From Bugula neritina (taxonomy: Eukaryota > Animalia > Bryozoa), in the NCBI GenBank assembly GCA_964035545.1, contig OZ037770.1, positions 2,480,001-2,544,000 of the forward strand: a DNA stretch of 64,000 nt, written 5' to 3'. Below are positions 1 to 12,285 of the stretch, one piece after another. A model generated the notes under the pieces. The model was not told the origin of the DNA. It searched no databases and worked only from the letters and a program-made list of their open reading frames with translations. Position 1 is the stretch's first letter. Each line of letters begins with the position of its first letter. A program made the translations under genes and the position numbers.

Positions 1-392
1 TTCTGATTCAACTGATTGTCAAATTTTTTGCCCATTGCAAAGCAAGTCTTCATAATTTCCTTATAACTTTAAAGTACGGTAAAATGTGCAATTGACTACA
101 ATCAAAACTGCAGATAGTAATTTGCATACTTTTTCATCTGCATTCACTGTAATTATAAATATTTTAGCAAAGAATTGGGAATTCCAAGTTCAAATGCTCT
201 ATGTTTTTTATTATAATAATTATTATTATTCAAAAAGCCAAAAACAAAAACGTACAAGTTGTTTTTTTATTTCTTTTTGTAATTTTCAAATCATGATAAG
301 CATGTAAATGAAAAGCTACGTATACACAATGTTAAATGAAATTATTTGATATTCTGTGGACAACTATTAATTTACAATAAACTGTTCTATAG

Positions 393-3300
393 ACCCAACG
401 CTGACCCAGATGGAATGCTAGTCAGCACAGAAGCTGTCCTTCACATTGAAGATGCAGGAAGTGGGTATGTCCAAGCAGGGAATGAAAAAGAAAAGCTAGC
501 AGTTAGTAGACAACTCCTGCTGCACTACTTCAAGTCCAACCTGCAGCAACTTCTCAGACTAAACTCAAATCAGTCCAGAGCGATACACATCTCAACCGTC
601 TCTGCGCCGACTCACATGAAAACTCTAAATTTTTCTGGTAGTTACTTTCATAGTACAATTTATATCACAAAAAATAAAAAAAGAGCTAAAAGCTTTAGTT
701 TTTAGAATATTATAAAATAATGGGTTTGTAGTTTGCTTAACTAAAACATAAAACAATTTACAAAATCTTTATTATTGGTACATATTATATTCAACATTTA
801 GGTATAGTAATGGAACACTTTTAATAGACTGAACTAATATTCTTTAAGTTTCCTAGTGTAGTTTTATTTATTACTATATAGCTGAAGTTCTTACGAGAGC
901 ATTAAAATCTGTTTTACCTAAAGCACAGGCTTCTATTATTACCAATTAGGCAGTACTTTTTTGGATCTTTTCTCAAACCATTCAAAGTTACAAAAAAGCA
1001 TTTGTGGTTCTAAGAAAATATCATATTACGATATATATAACTAATGCAATAAGAAAATAACACTATATATTTTAGTCAACTGTTTACCTGAACTGAAGTA
1101 TATAACAGAGTTAAACAGGACAGTACAACTTCCCAAGGCAGCATTAGAGCAGACGATTCCAGTATCAACATGTAAAACTGACGTAGAATACTCTCTCAAC
1201 GTGAGTTGCACTGCCTCCCAGTCGAAGCTACCTCTGTGGCAAATCTCAGATGTACAGCTTTGCCATCGTAGTGATGTTACCATGGCAACCGACTTAATTG
1301 ATATCTTGCAAGTAAGTTTGCTTACTGTATAACTAAACTACTTATAGATGCTGTTGACATGGTTATATCAGTTCACTTTGCATATGTCTCAGCTGCTTGT
1401 ATGCTTGTATATGGTAATTATGCAACACTTTGTTACAAACATTGAAATAGTGTGACAGCTGCTTTGAAAATATCTGTTATTGTGACATGTAAATATATAT
1501 CGGAGTAACATATCAGATGTTCTGTTGTAATACACACTAGTCTTGGATTGTTGAGTATACGTATTGTGACATATATTATATAGTAAACTTAATACTGAGC
1601 TCAAGTATATAAGTTAAACTTCTGCTTTTATGTCAGCCTGATGCATGCATATATAGTCTAGAAAATTCTATTGTGTTCTAAACTGTACAATGTACATGAA
1701 TCATGTAGAACTATAGGATTATTCATAATGCAAGCAGGAAAACAGCTATTATGCAACAATGACTTATTGTAACATTACGGTGTAGTACCAGTAAGAAATT
1801 ATAACATTGCCATAGAGTATAATATTATATAATATAGATGGGTATAATATTATACTAATTTTTATCGAGTAGAAGAATTTATGACATGCACAAGTTTATA
1901 TACAACATGTCCTATTGGTTGCTATAGCAACCGAGGTGTACACTCCCCCATGCAGTGTTTGTAATTCTGTGAGCTATTTTTATGTCAACACATATTTTTT
2001 TTAGAAACATATTCTCATACGAAATAAAAAATGAATAAATTTGAATAATTATTGTATGTTTTTATATGGTTAGGATTTAGATATCACTGACAGTGGCTCA
2101 GCCATTTCTGCCTTGCATCAGTTAGCCAATCAGATGGCTTCATCTGCTGTCGGTCAGCTGAGCTTCTCTGCTGCCGATCTGTCACTGCTAGCAGACTTGA
2201 TGACTCAGCTGACTAAAGTTGAATTGAAGGATAAGAAAGAGTTGCAGCAGGTATTGTACAGTTTCCAGAATGATGAGTATTTTAGTTAGTGTGAGTACAT
2301 AGTTATTAATCTCATGCACAGCTGAGATTCAAGAATTTTATTTTAAGTATATTTTAAAGTTGTGTCTTTTATTGAGTTATTGAAATAAATTCACTCATGC
2401 AAGTTTATAGTCACCATCCCTGTGAGAAACCCTGATGGAAAGGGTTTTTGTTAGATGTGGCTAAGGACTTATTCAGATGAGGCACAGGAGAAATTATGAC
2501 TGGATGCTCTTCCTGACATCACCAATGGCCTTTGTCTGGGTTTGAACCCATGACCTCGTGCTTACTATAGCTGGCAAACACTTTAACCTCTAGAAGATTT
2601 CAAATGATAGTCTGCTATAACTAGCAAACTCTCAATTTATCCAACCATTGAGTAATTGAAATAGTTGAATAAATGTACAGCTGCATGGCTAGTTATAGCA
2701 GGCTGTAATTTTAAAGCTTTTTCTAACGAGCCAGCTATATAGCTAAGCTTTTTTGTAAAGTATTCACACAAGTTTATTTTCAGTTTGCACTGTCAGTGCT
2801 AGTTTTTAGCTGCTGTGGGCTTTTTAAACATTTATAAGCCATTCTGAGTAGATGTTGTGTATATTAATTAACAAACTACAATATTGCTTTTAACTATACA
2901 ATAATAACTTTTTATTTGAATTGTTTTTGGTCTAGTACAACATGGGTAACTCAACTTATACTAACCATAAAATATGTAATTATTACAATAACTTCAAATT
3001 GCATGTTGTAACTTAACTCAATCTCCTAACATGATGTATTTCTATATTATACCTGTTATATACTAAACCTTGAATGCTCTGCTGTTACTTGATATATTGA
3101 AACATTGTGCTATTTATTCTTCACAGTTTTTCTCTCTATTTGTGACGGTTATTGACCATGTGCTAAATGCAAGAGAAGACAACACTACTCTTCCTACAGA
3201 CAAAGCTAATGATGTTAAAACAAGGGGAAGGTAACTACAAAACACTAATTTCTTACTCAGTTATTGCAGCAGCAATAATTGTTTATTAGTTAACATGGTT

Positions 3301-6300
3301 TCACTTTACTAGAACCTCATATGTAGAGAAATAAATATCACAATATTATAATGAATTGTTTTGTCAAATGCTTCATGTTCCTTCATTTAGCTGCTGATTC
3401 AACTTTGCTGTTATAACAAATTATGCATTTCCATGATTAAACTGCTTGACTGTAGAATTAATTAAAGATTAGCTCAATAACATTTAGTCTGAAATAATAT
3501 GTTAAATTAGGACTAATGAATTCCTTCGGATAATGCAATAAAAAAAGATTCAATTTGAGAAATGTGTTTATGCAGGCTGCAAAGGGTAGCAAAGGGTAGC
3601 AAAAGGTAGCAAAGGGTAGCAAAGGATAGCAAAGGGTAGCAAAGGATAGCAAAGGGTAGGGTAAGAGTATTTTTTAGTTTAAGCTTAATTGTTGTTGACT
3701 TTCTTAAGCTACATCTCTAAGCTTTTGTTTTCTGGCTTTGACATTCATGTTGAAGCTGTAATTCAAATATATGTGGAGCATATGGCAGCTATGTCAATAA
3801 ACTTCAAGATCAGTTTATTTTTCTTACAGGATTCTCTCAGCTCTGAACAGTCTCCAATACATGAAACTTCCACCAGATGTCACTCCGACAGAAGGAGACG
3901 TATTCACTCAGTCGTCTGCCAATATTGGTGTAAAGGTAAATGCAACAGCCAATCATAGACAGTGGTATATCTGTTCAATAATTTTAAATTTGTATCAATG
4001 AACTACCTTAATACAAGCAATAATTTTACAGAATAAAAATATGATTTTTCCGTGCATGTTTATGCTTGCATTATTTGTATATGTTAGAGCAAATCTCAAA
4101 CTAGTGATTCGTTAGAGCACTTATTTACATTCAGCAACTATAAAAACTATTTAGGAGTTGTCTTTTCATCTAAGTTTTTATTTGTGTTTTAACTTGTTTG
4201 TTGACTGCTTAGCTGACAGTTTCTAATGAGACTGAAGAAGGAATGTCAGTCTATGCAGATGGTAGAAACATTAGAATCCTATACACTAACAACTCCAGCA
4301 ATGCCATAAACAAGAAGAACTCTTCACTACACTTTGCACTGAGTCCAGAAACAAGTTGGTAGCTTTACAATGATATGGGCGCACAGGCATACGTTTTTTG
4401 TGAAATACTTAAGCTTTTGAAACCATGTTTAATTTTGGGTTCAAATCTTCAACTTTTCGCTTTAAACATACAATATCATGAACAATTCCTTTCATGATTT
4501 AGGACTATTGGTATAACTTCAGCTCTCAATTCTCAAAAATATTTCATAGTCCATAAAAATAATGATGCTATCATGCAATTCTTTAGATCCTGAGAGCGAT
4601 TCGATGAGAACATTTACCATGGTCTTCAGAAATGATGAACTGTATAGATCCTTCAAGAAAAATGTGCAACCAGCCGGTCTCATAGCCTCTGTATCATTGT
4701 CTACTTTCACCGGAACACCTGTCTCAATATCAGATACTGATAATGCTATTCGTCTGCGCTTTACAGACTTGGTACACATACAGCTATCCTCTCTTGTGCT
4801 TTGCTTTAACTACACTTCAGCTGCAGGAAAAAATTATTTTAATAGTAGCTAAAGAAATATTTCTGCAATAATCAAGTGACTGACGTTTAACAATTTTTTT
4901 ATTTTGAGCTGTAAATATGCAGAGATATTAGATTCTTATAAAATATGTTTGTGTTTAAAAAGCAAAATTTTCTTTTATATACATTTAAATGGAATTGCAA
5001 CATTTTGTTTTGAACAAAAAAATTATTAAGACTTGGCATGTAAGGCAACAGAGTGAAAAATTTCTTTACCAAGTTTTGATCAAATATTCAAAATTTTCTC
5101 TTGTCAAATTAGTCGACAAGGATAATTTAAAAGTTTCATTAAATTCTTGAGCATATAATGATTTAAAAAGTTTGTGTGGCAGGTTCACAGATCCAACCAA
5201 TCAACGCTGTTCTGTGGTTACTGGGAGGAGAAGGAGTATGAGTGGTCTGGTAGAGGTTGTAGTAAATCAAGAGAGATCAATGGGACTGTTGTCTGCAGCT
5301 GCAATCACTTGACTGCCTTCAGTGTGATAATGGTTAGCAGACTTTATATTATATTATCACTCTCTCTCACTCACTCACACACACACACGCTCAAGCACAC
5401 ACACACACACAAGCACACACACCCACACACACACACACACACGCACACACACTCAAGCACACATACTCAAGCACACATACACGCACAATTCACGCACACA
5501 TCAACTTTTCTCTAACTTATCTTTAGCAATATAACTTTTTATTATGCCATAGGCAAATAGTCAAGTCGTACTTGTGTACCTGTAGAGTAGAGTACAAGTC
5601 GATGACGTGACTGCCAATGCTCTTTCCATCATCAGTAGAGTTGGACTGTCAGTTTCCTGCTTTTCTCTTACGCTGGTCTTATTCACGGCAGCGCTTTACA
5701 AGTAAGTCATGTTAGTTGAGCTATGTAAGTGTTAGATTACCACAATGTAATAGTATGTCTTACCAGTGATAAAGCTGCTAGATGAAAGAGACCGTTCACC
5801 CTGTTTGTCTGGGTTTTATCTGCCTTAGCTTGTAGCTATCTCAGCTATACGGTGGCTGGTAGGGCAACTCTTAGTAACACGATAGCTCAAGTATCTGATA
5901 GGCTATTGTCATTAGCTAAACTCTCAGCGTGCCACTATAACATGCCCCCTTCCAATAAAGGCTGGTGACCACCTGCTAAAACTAAGCATTTCAATTACAT
6001 ACTATTTCTAAAAGCTATAAGCTGATGAGTACCACATGTCTGTGGGTAAACTTACTCACCTCTATATGCCAGAAACTGTAAACACAAGCTTTAACTATTT
6101 GTAATTTAGTAGTTCGCGAGTCAGTGTGTCGTTGAGTGTGTGAGTAAATAAGTAGGTGAGTAAGTTAGGTGAGTAGGTTGTTTAGTGTGTCGGTAAGTGA
6201 GTTGGGATCGGAGGATGTTCCCACCCTCTTCTCCCTCAGTCTCAGTTGCCTGAGACTGACCAGAACCTCAATGCAGTGCTTCGGGATTAGAAGATGTTTC

Positions 6301-9300
6301 CATCTTCACCTCCCCAGTCTCAGTTGCCTGAGGCTGACTAGGGCTGTAGGTCGGTCTCAGACCAAGGTCTGAACCACCATGTACACCGGGGGTCTGGGGC
6401 TCTACGGCCATTGACTCCTCCCAAGTGTCGTCCCGAGGGCGACCTGGGGTCGGCGACTCCTCTACGGCCTTTGACTCCTCCTGGTTACCACTGGGACCTT
6501 CCGCAACTGTGGTTGCAGGGTTTAGTATTGTGCTACCCAACCCTCTGGAATGCACGTTGGCCACGCTGGCCCAGTTTTCGATTGCTACTTTCATAGCCAT
6601 TGAGCACTGATACTTCTTTTCCAAGAGACTCTCTCGCTCACTGATCTCTTCCATTTGCCTGTTGAACTTTCGTTGAAGTTCTTGCTTTTTTCTATTTAAT
6701 TCCTCTTTCCTCAGTGCCTAAGCCTCCCCATCCAGGAAGTCGCACCCGTCAAGCCATTCAGGAACCCTGAAACTTCACTGACAATAACATTTTTAGGCTT
6801 CAATGCATGAACATAGCTTGATGATGTAGCTACACCACCAGAGGCAACACTTGCATAGTTTGATTTCTGACTACCTGAAACCTTGGCTAATTTTGGTGCT
6901 GGATCTTGAGAGTCAACACCATTAACAGCCTTCCGCTTGAAGCTAGAAGGTGCGTGACTACAGTCTGAGGTTGTGTGTTCGGCTGCGACACAACACCAAC
7001 TGCAATAGACTTCTCTGCAGTCTTCCACCCAATTACCTTTCTGCCCACACCTGTAACACTTATTATTGGGACAGTCTCGGGCAGAGTGATCTCTGAAGCA
7101 TCTACAGATGGCACACCTAATTGTGCCCTTGCTGCCACATACCTCATGTGGCTTCTTAAGCTTAGCCTTATCTTCTGTATTCTTGGGCTTACCCTGGGGG
7201 TTAGCTACTTTTACCGTTTCTTTATGTTTCCCTGAGGGTCCGGTTTTAGACCAAGAGTCCATGTCGGGTTCCCCTATACTTTCCTTCTCTTTCTCACTAT
7301 TGCTCATTGTTTGTCTCTTTCTCTATCTATATATTGTTTTTCTCAAGTTTTCTAAAACGATATCTATAAAAACACATTATTATTTATACCTCTGCATGTT
7401 TAGTCTATTAGGAGGTTTGCTTAGTCTCCCCCGTCTAGTATGCGTAATTTCTCCTTGTTCAGGAGGAAATAACTTGCTGTCATTGCCATCATATAGTCAG
7501 CTTGCAAATCTGACTCTCCTATAACCCTTATTCCTATCACTACTCCCACTACTTGACCTATAAGGTTTGGTCTCTCTTTCGGGGCAATCTTTAGTGGTGT
7601 GCCCTCGGCAGTTACATACGAAGCACCTTACATCAGGGCAGTCCCTAATTCTATGATCATGTTTTTTACAATGATAGCAAAGATTTCCTTCTCTTCTAGG
7701 GGAGCTAAACCTTTTAGACCTAGAATGATAGTAACCCGAATTCAGTCTATCTACGAAAGGTTTTTCATCCCTCCTCCTTCGTTGGCTTGAACAAAATTTA
7801 TCCCTACTATTGTAATGTCGTTTACTATGATCATCAGAGCTATTACTAGATCCACTCGAGCTTCTACTTCTATAGTGGTCACTATTCCTAAGGCTACTTC
7901 TCAAATAAGGTCTCCACTTTATTTTAGATCTAGAAACCCTATTAACAGAATAACTGTCACAGGTGTCACTGCTACTGTTTCTAGTCTGCTTAAGAGAACT
8001 TACAGCCCCGACTTCTTGTTTGACGTCCACTATTGTCCTAGCTTCATTTAAAAGTAGGTCTGAGTCTCTAGCTAGCTTTTTTGCTTTAAGCTTAGTATTT
8101 AAGTTGTCCCAGGATAAATCGGGTTCTTGCAATAATTGTCTCCTAGCATTAGTATCGCGCAAGCCATTTACTGCTAAGGCAACACTAAGTCTCCTTCTAA
8201 CATCTTCGGTCCCAGCACCTAAACCTAATTCTCTACTAAGTTTTTCTACTCTCAGCAAGTATTCTCTTTCATCCTCATCAATGGCCTGTGACACTGTCAC
8301 AAACCTCATTGTTTTAACATAGAAGCTATCTGACCTATCATAGTGGCCCCTAAGTAGACCTAATGCTTGCTCATAGCCTTCATTCCCATTGTTTCTCAAA
8401 TCAAAGCCAAGAGATTGTAACGTGGCTCTACCATCACTGCCTATTGCGCTCAACAATGCTAACAACTTAGTCCTACCTCTAAATTTATTTACTTCTACAC
8501 CCTCCACTGTCTCTTTTCCCAGATTCAAAGTAGTTAACTCTACTGTTATCTCAAATTGAGCTAGCCAATCATTCCATGATCCTGTCACATCATTACAATT
8601 CAATTGAAGTCTTGGAAATGAATTTAAATCCATGACTTTGTTGTTACAATTCCCTGTGGTACAAAGGTTACTACTTGTACTAGCTTGGAGCCTTGATTTA
8701 CTCGTGTGTTATGTCGAGATGCCAATCACAAAATATCTTAAACACTGAGTATCACTGTTTCGGTCACTTGTTGTAAATGACTGTAGTATCACAGTTGCCA
8801 GCTGTGAATCACGATATCAAATTACGATTATCACTCATTAGACTACACTAACAATAACACTACACTAACAATAACACTACACTAACAGTAACACTGCACC
8901 AACAGTAACACTGCACCACCAGTAACACTGCACCACCAGTAGCACTGCACCAACAGTAGCACTGCACCAACAGTAACACTGCACCAACAGTAACACTGCA
9001 CCAACAGTAACACTGCACCACACTACACTACACTACACTACACTACACTACACTACACTACACTACACTACACTACACTACACTACACTTATATTATTAT
9101 ATTATATTCAAAACACTTGCAACTGATAATGATTAATTGAAGAAAGTACTTATCTATCATCTATAGTTGTAAGGACAGAAAGAGTTTCTCACTGGCAGGT
9201 TCGTTAAAATCCTGCCGACTGCGCCATGTTAGATTACCACAATGTAATAGTATGTCTTACCAGTGATAAAGCTGCTAGATGAAAGAGACCGTTCACCCTG

Positions 9301-12285
9301 TTTGTCTGGGTTTTATCTGCCTTAGCTTGTAGCTATCTCAGCTATACGGTGGCTGGTAGGGCAACTCTTAGTACCACGATAGCTCAAGTATCTGATAGGC
9401 TATTGTCATTAGCTAAACTCTCAGCGTGCCACTATAACAGTAAGTTACATCAGCTATAAAGTATAAGCATCAGCTAGTACTGGGGTAAACCTATAGGAAG
9501 GTAAAATAAATAAACTTTAAATAAGTAGAACCAGTAAGCTTAGACTGCTTTAATGTTTTTAGTTTTATATTTGTTTGATTTATAGCATTGAATAAATTTA
9601 ATTTTTGCTTTTGGAAATATCACATTAATACCAATCAGTACTATGTACTGCCTTTGTAAAATGTTAAACTGTATATTGCCATGCCAAATAAATAAAATTA
9701 ATCTTAGTCTTTATTGTTGAATGAAGACAAAATTATTATGAATAGATTCACTTTAAAGTAGTTGTCTTCTATTTGTTCTGCCTAAAGAATGTTGTTGCTC
9801 AAAACGAATGATGTTAGTTTGAATATAGTTATGTAAGTTAGTATAATATGTTAATTTGAAGTAAAGAAAAATCCGCGGAATAAAATTATGTAATCAGCAA
9901 CAATAAACTTTTATTGTTTATCAACCACTTGTTTTAATTTCATCTTTCAAATTGCTTTCTTTTTCTATATTTTTATAGAAACTTAAGGAAACACAACTCC
10001 CAAAAAGTACTAATATGTTTGTCTACCTCTTTACTTGCCCTCAACTTGACCTTCCTTCTTGGAGTTGATAAAACAAGAAATCCGATTGGCTGCACTGTGG
10101 TAGCCATTTTGATACACTATTTCCTGTTGACGTCATTTGCTTGGATGTTGGTGGAAGCTGTACTGCAGTACTTGAGGTTAGAATCTCAGGCTATATGATA
10201 GTAGATCTCATACTACTCTAAGATGTTGAGAAGATGTGCAGTTCAATTTATTACTTTTTTAAAATAATATGTTTTCTACTAGGTTGTTTTAAGATTATAT
10301 TTGCTTCAACAGACAATTTCTTAGCGTCAGAATATGTTTCATTAACTTTTGATTTATTGTACTGCATTCGAATCTTCGCTTTTTATTCTATCGCATAGCA
10401 GTCATTTTTCTGATTTGCGTGTTAAGCTATACCTACATACACAGTACGTATAATCTGTAATTAATAGTAAATTATAGTAATATTATATTATATAGTTTAG
10501 AGCACAGACTACCAAATGCAAAATCCTAACACAGATAATTTAATAAAAGATTGAGTATAGCACAGACCGAAAAAAACTCACGCAAGTTTATAGTCGCTAT
10601 TCCTGTGAGAAAACCCCTGATGGAAAAGGCTTTTGTTAAAGCGGGTTGTAAGGACTTATTTAAATCAGGCACAGGAGCAATTATGACTAGATGCTCTTAT
10701 TCCTAACATCACCAAAAGCCTTTGTCCGGACTCGAACCCATGACCTCGTGTTTACTAGGCAAACAATCTAACCCCTAGACCACTGCTGCTCCCTCAACAC
10801 CAATTCCAATAATAGTCCACTGAAATTAATCCACTATATGTTTGACATAGACTAGCTTTATGCATTGTCTTGTAGATTTGTCAAAGTACTTGGAACATAC
10901 ATACCCAGGTTCATTATTAAAGCTGTGCTACCAGCATTTGGTGTACCTGCCACAATAGTAGGCATAACCATGGCAGTTGATCTCCGTTTCTATGGCAACC
11001 AATATGATAAAATGTAAGTCTGTTTGCACTTTTTACAATGCCGTTGTTTTTAATGTAAATTTTTTTAATGAACTACTTCTGTCACTCTCTATAAGTATGT
11101 CATAAAGTGTGTGCATGTGCGTGCGTGCGTGCGCGCGCGCGTGCGTGCGTGCGTGCGTGCGTGTGTGTGTGTGCATGTGTATGTAGTTGGGCACATATTA
11201 CTATATTATATACAATATACATAATATACAACGTAGATGCTGGATAGATGGTAAGATCGCGTACTACGCTGTCATAGCTCCCCTCTCTATTGTTCTCACC
11301 ATCAACATTATTATATTTGTCATGGTAATTCATGGGATGATAACTTCTGAGAACAGATTGAAAAAGCACAGAACTGTACGGTCTGAGAAGTCAACAGCTT
11401 TACTCAACTTGCAGGTTGCCATAGCAACGTTTGTTATTCTAGGTGAGTATTCCTCGAGTAACTGTGAGATTAGAGTTGTGTTCTCGCTAATGTCCATTAC
11501 TTGGCTAAATAGTTGCTAAACACGACTTCTAATTTATTCAAAATGGAGAAAGATGTAAAAGAATACAACCCCTAATATTCGACAAAACATTTATTTTATA
11601 TAATACTTTCAATTTAAATATATACACATTGTCAAACCTGACTTCATTTAATGTAGCCTCATTAAATCACATAGAACTTCATTTATGACATGTCACAACT
11701 TAACGGCTAAACTATTGTAGTCTTAAAGTAAACAACTCTTAGAAACACATATCTATAGCTATAAATTCTTTTAACAAAATGTTTTAACTTAATGGATTTT
11801 TGTCGTGGGATATGATTTAACTTATTTTTAGCATTGAGTTTTGTGGTTTCTGTCTAAAGACATACTTAAGATTGCATTTCTTTGCAGGACTCACGTGGCT
11901 GTTTGGTTTTCTCACTTTCATACCAGAAGCCAATCGCGTCTTTCAATACATTTTTTGTGTCCTCAACTCTCTCCAAGGACTTCTAATATTCATATTTCAC
12001 AACATCAAAGAGAAAACAGTTCAATCTGCATGGGAATCCGTATTTTATTCGATAGCTAATAAATCAAAATTTTCTCGAAGATCGTCTGCCAGTTCGACTA
12101 AGAGTTTGCCAAACAGGAAGTTGTCTGCTGGCTCCGCCAATAGGAGGTCGTCCAGTAAGGGTGGGCAGTGTGACGGCCCGCAGAATGTGACATTGTTAAA
12201 AACTGATGTTGTAAAAGAAAGTAGTCTAGGAAATTCAGTTGATGAGCTAGAGAGCCTTGATAACTTGTCAAATGATGTCGTGTGA
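393..12285 (+). CDS. Adhesion G-protein-coupled receptor (GAIN/GPS + secretin-type 7TM), 5'-partial
   Basis: Phase-consistent exons 393-637, 1076-1310, 2074-2250, 3127-3230, 3830-3935, 4213-4354, 4587-4771, 5183-5332, 5586-5701, 9979-10176, 10876-11013, 11237-11442, 11888-12285 (TGA). GPS motif CGYW..W..GC..CSCNHL|TAFSVIM. TM motifs include HYFLLTSFAWMLVEA, CWI, LGLTWLFG and FCVLNSLQGLLIFIFH. ADGRG-like; orthology not assignable by eye. Confidence 0.93.
2392..2594 (-). mobile_element. tRNA-derived SINE family A copy
   Basis: Similar to copies at 10577, 29248, 33041 and 42378. Shared core GGCACAGGAG.AATTATGACTGGATGCTCTTCCT.ACATCACCAATGGCC. Confidence 0.75.
2604..2712. repeat. Inverted repeat / MITE-like hairpin
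   Basis: AGTCTGCTATAACTAGC pairs with GCTAGTTATAGCAGGCT; inner ATTTATCCAAC pairs imperfectly with GTTGAATAAAT. Confidence 0.6.
6268..7307 (-). pseudogene. Second ORF of the LTR element: three zinc knuckles plus coiled coil, broken by a 1-nt frameshift near 6715
   Basis: ORF 7307-6711 has CAICRCFRDHSARDC, CYRCGQKGNWVEDC (His replaced by Asn) and CSWCCVAAEHTTSDC. The adjacent frame continues ALRKEELNRKKQELQRKFNRQMEEISERESLLEKK into ORF 6654-6268. Confidence 0.65.
7497..8633 (-). CDS. gag: Gag (Gypsy/Mag-like capsid region plus two CCHC zinc knuckles), 378 aa
   Basis: Intact ORF inside the LTRs. W..W...FE start, KLLALLSAIG and SQ..DE..REY..R capsid-like motifs. Knuckles CYHCKKHDHRIRDC and CFVCNCRGHTTKDC. 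Confidence 0.85.
   Translation of the reverse strand: MDLNSFPRLQLNCNDVTGSWNDWLAQFEITVELTTLNLGKETVEGVEVNKFRGRTKLLALLSAIGSDGRATLQSLGFDLRNNGNEGYEQALGLLRGHYDRSDSFYVKTMRFVTVSQAIDEDEREYLLRVEKLSRELGLGAGTEDVRRRLSVALAVNGLRDTNARRQLLQEPDLSWDNLNTKLKAKKLARDSDLLLNEARTIVDVKQEVGAVSSLKQTRNSSSDTCDSYSVNRVSRSKIKWRPYLRSSLRNSDHYRSRSSSGSSNSSDDHSKRHYNSRDKFCSSQRRRRDEKPFVDRLNSGYYHSRSKRFSSPRREGNLCYHCKKHDHRIRDCPDVRCFVCNCRGHTTKDCPERETKPYRSSSGSSDRNKGYRRVRFAS
8842..9090. repeat. 17-bp minisatellite (ACACTGCACCAACAGTA) followed by (CACTA)n in the LTR element leader
   Basis: Directly visible tandem units between the PBS and the gag start. Confidence 0.9.
10577..10793 (-). mobile_element. tRNA-derived SINE family A copy (near full length)
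   Basis: Minus strand reads GCAGCAGTGGTCTAGGGGTTAG (A box) ... GGTTCGAGTCC (B box), then the conserved core and a GCGTGAGT tail. Confidence 0.8.

Larger units (their letters stand above)
5730..9439 (-). mobile_element. Non-autonomous LTR retroelement (3710 bp; gag plus a second zinc-knuckle ORF, no pol) in a GPCR intron
   Basis: 213-bp TG...CA LTRs at 5730-5942 and 9227-9439 differ at one position. 5-bp TSD GTAAG (5725-5729, 9440-9444). PBS TGGCGCAGTCGGCAGGATT on minus (9208-9226). PPT-like GGAAGGGGGCA next to the 3' LTR (5943-5953). No RT, RNase H or integrase motifs seen. Confidence 0.93.

Noticed and set aside
6714-6725. CTT AGG C heptamer identical to the yeast Ty1 +1 frameshift signal, in frame at the end of ORF2
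   Set aside because: A +1 shift reaches TAG after about 7 codons; the long downstream ORF is in the -1 frame, so this looks coincidental.
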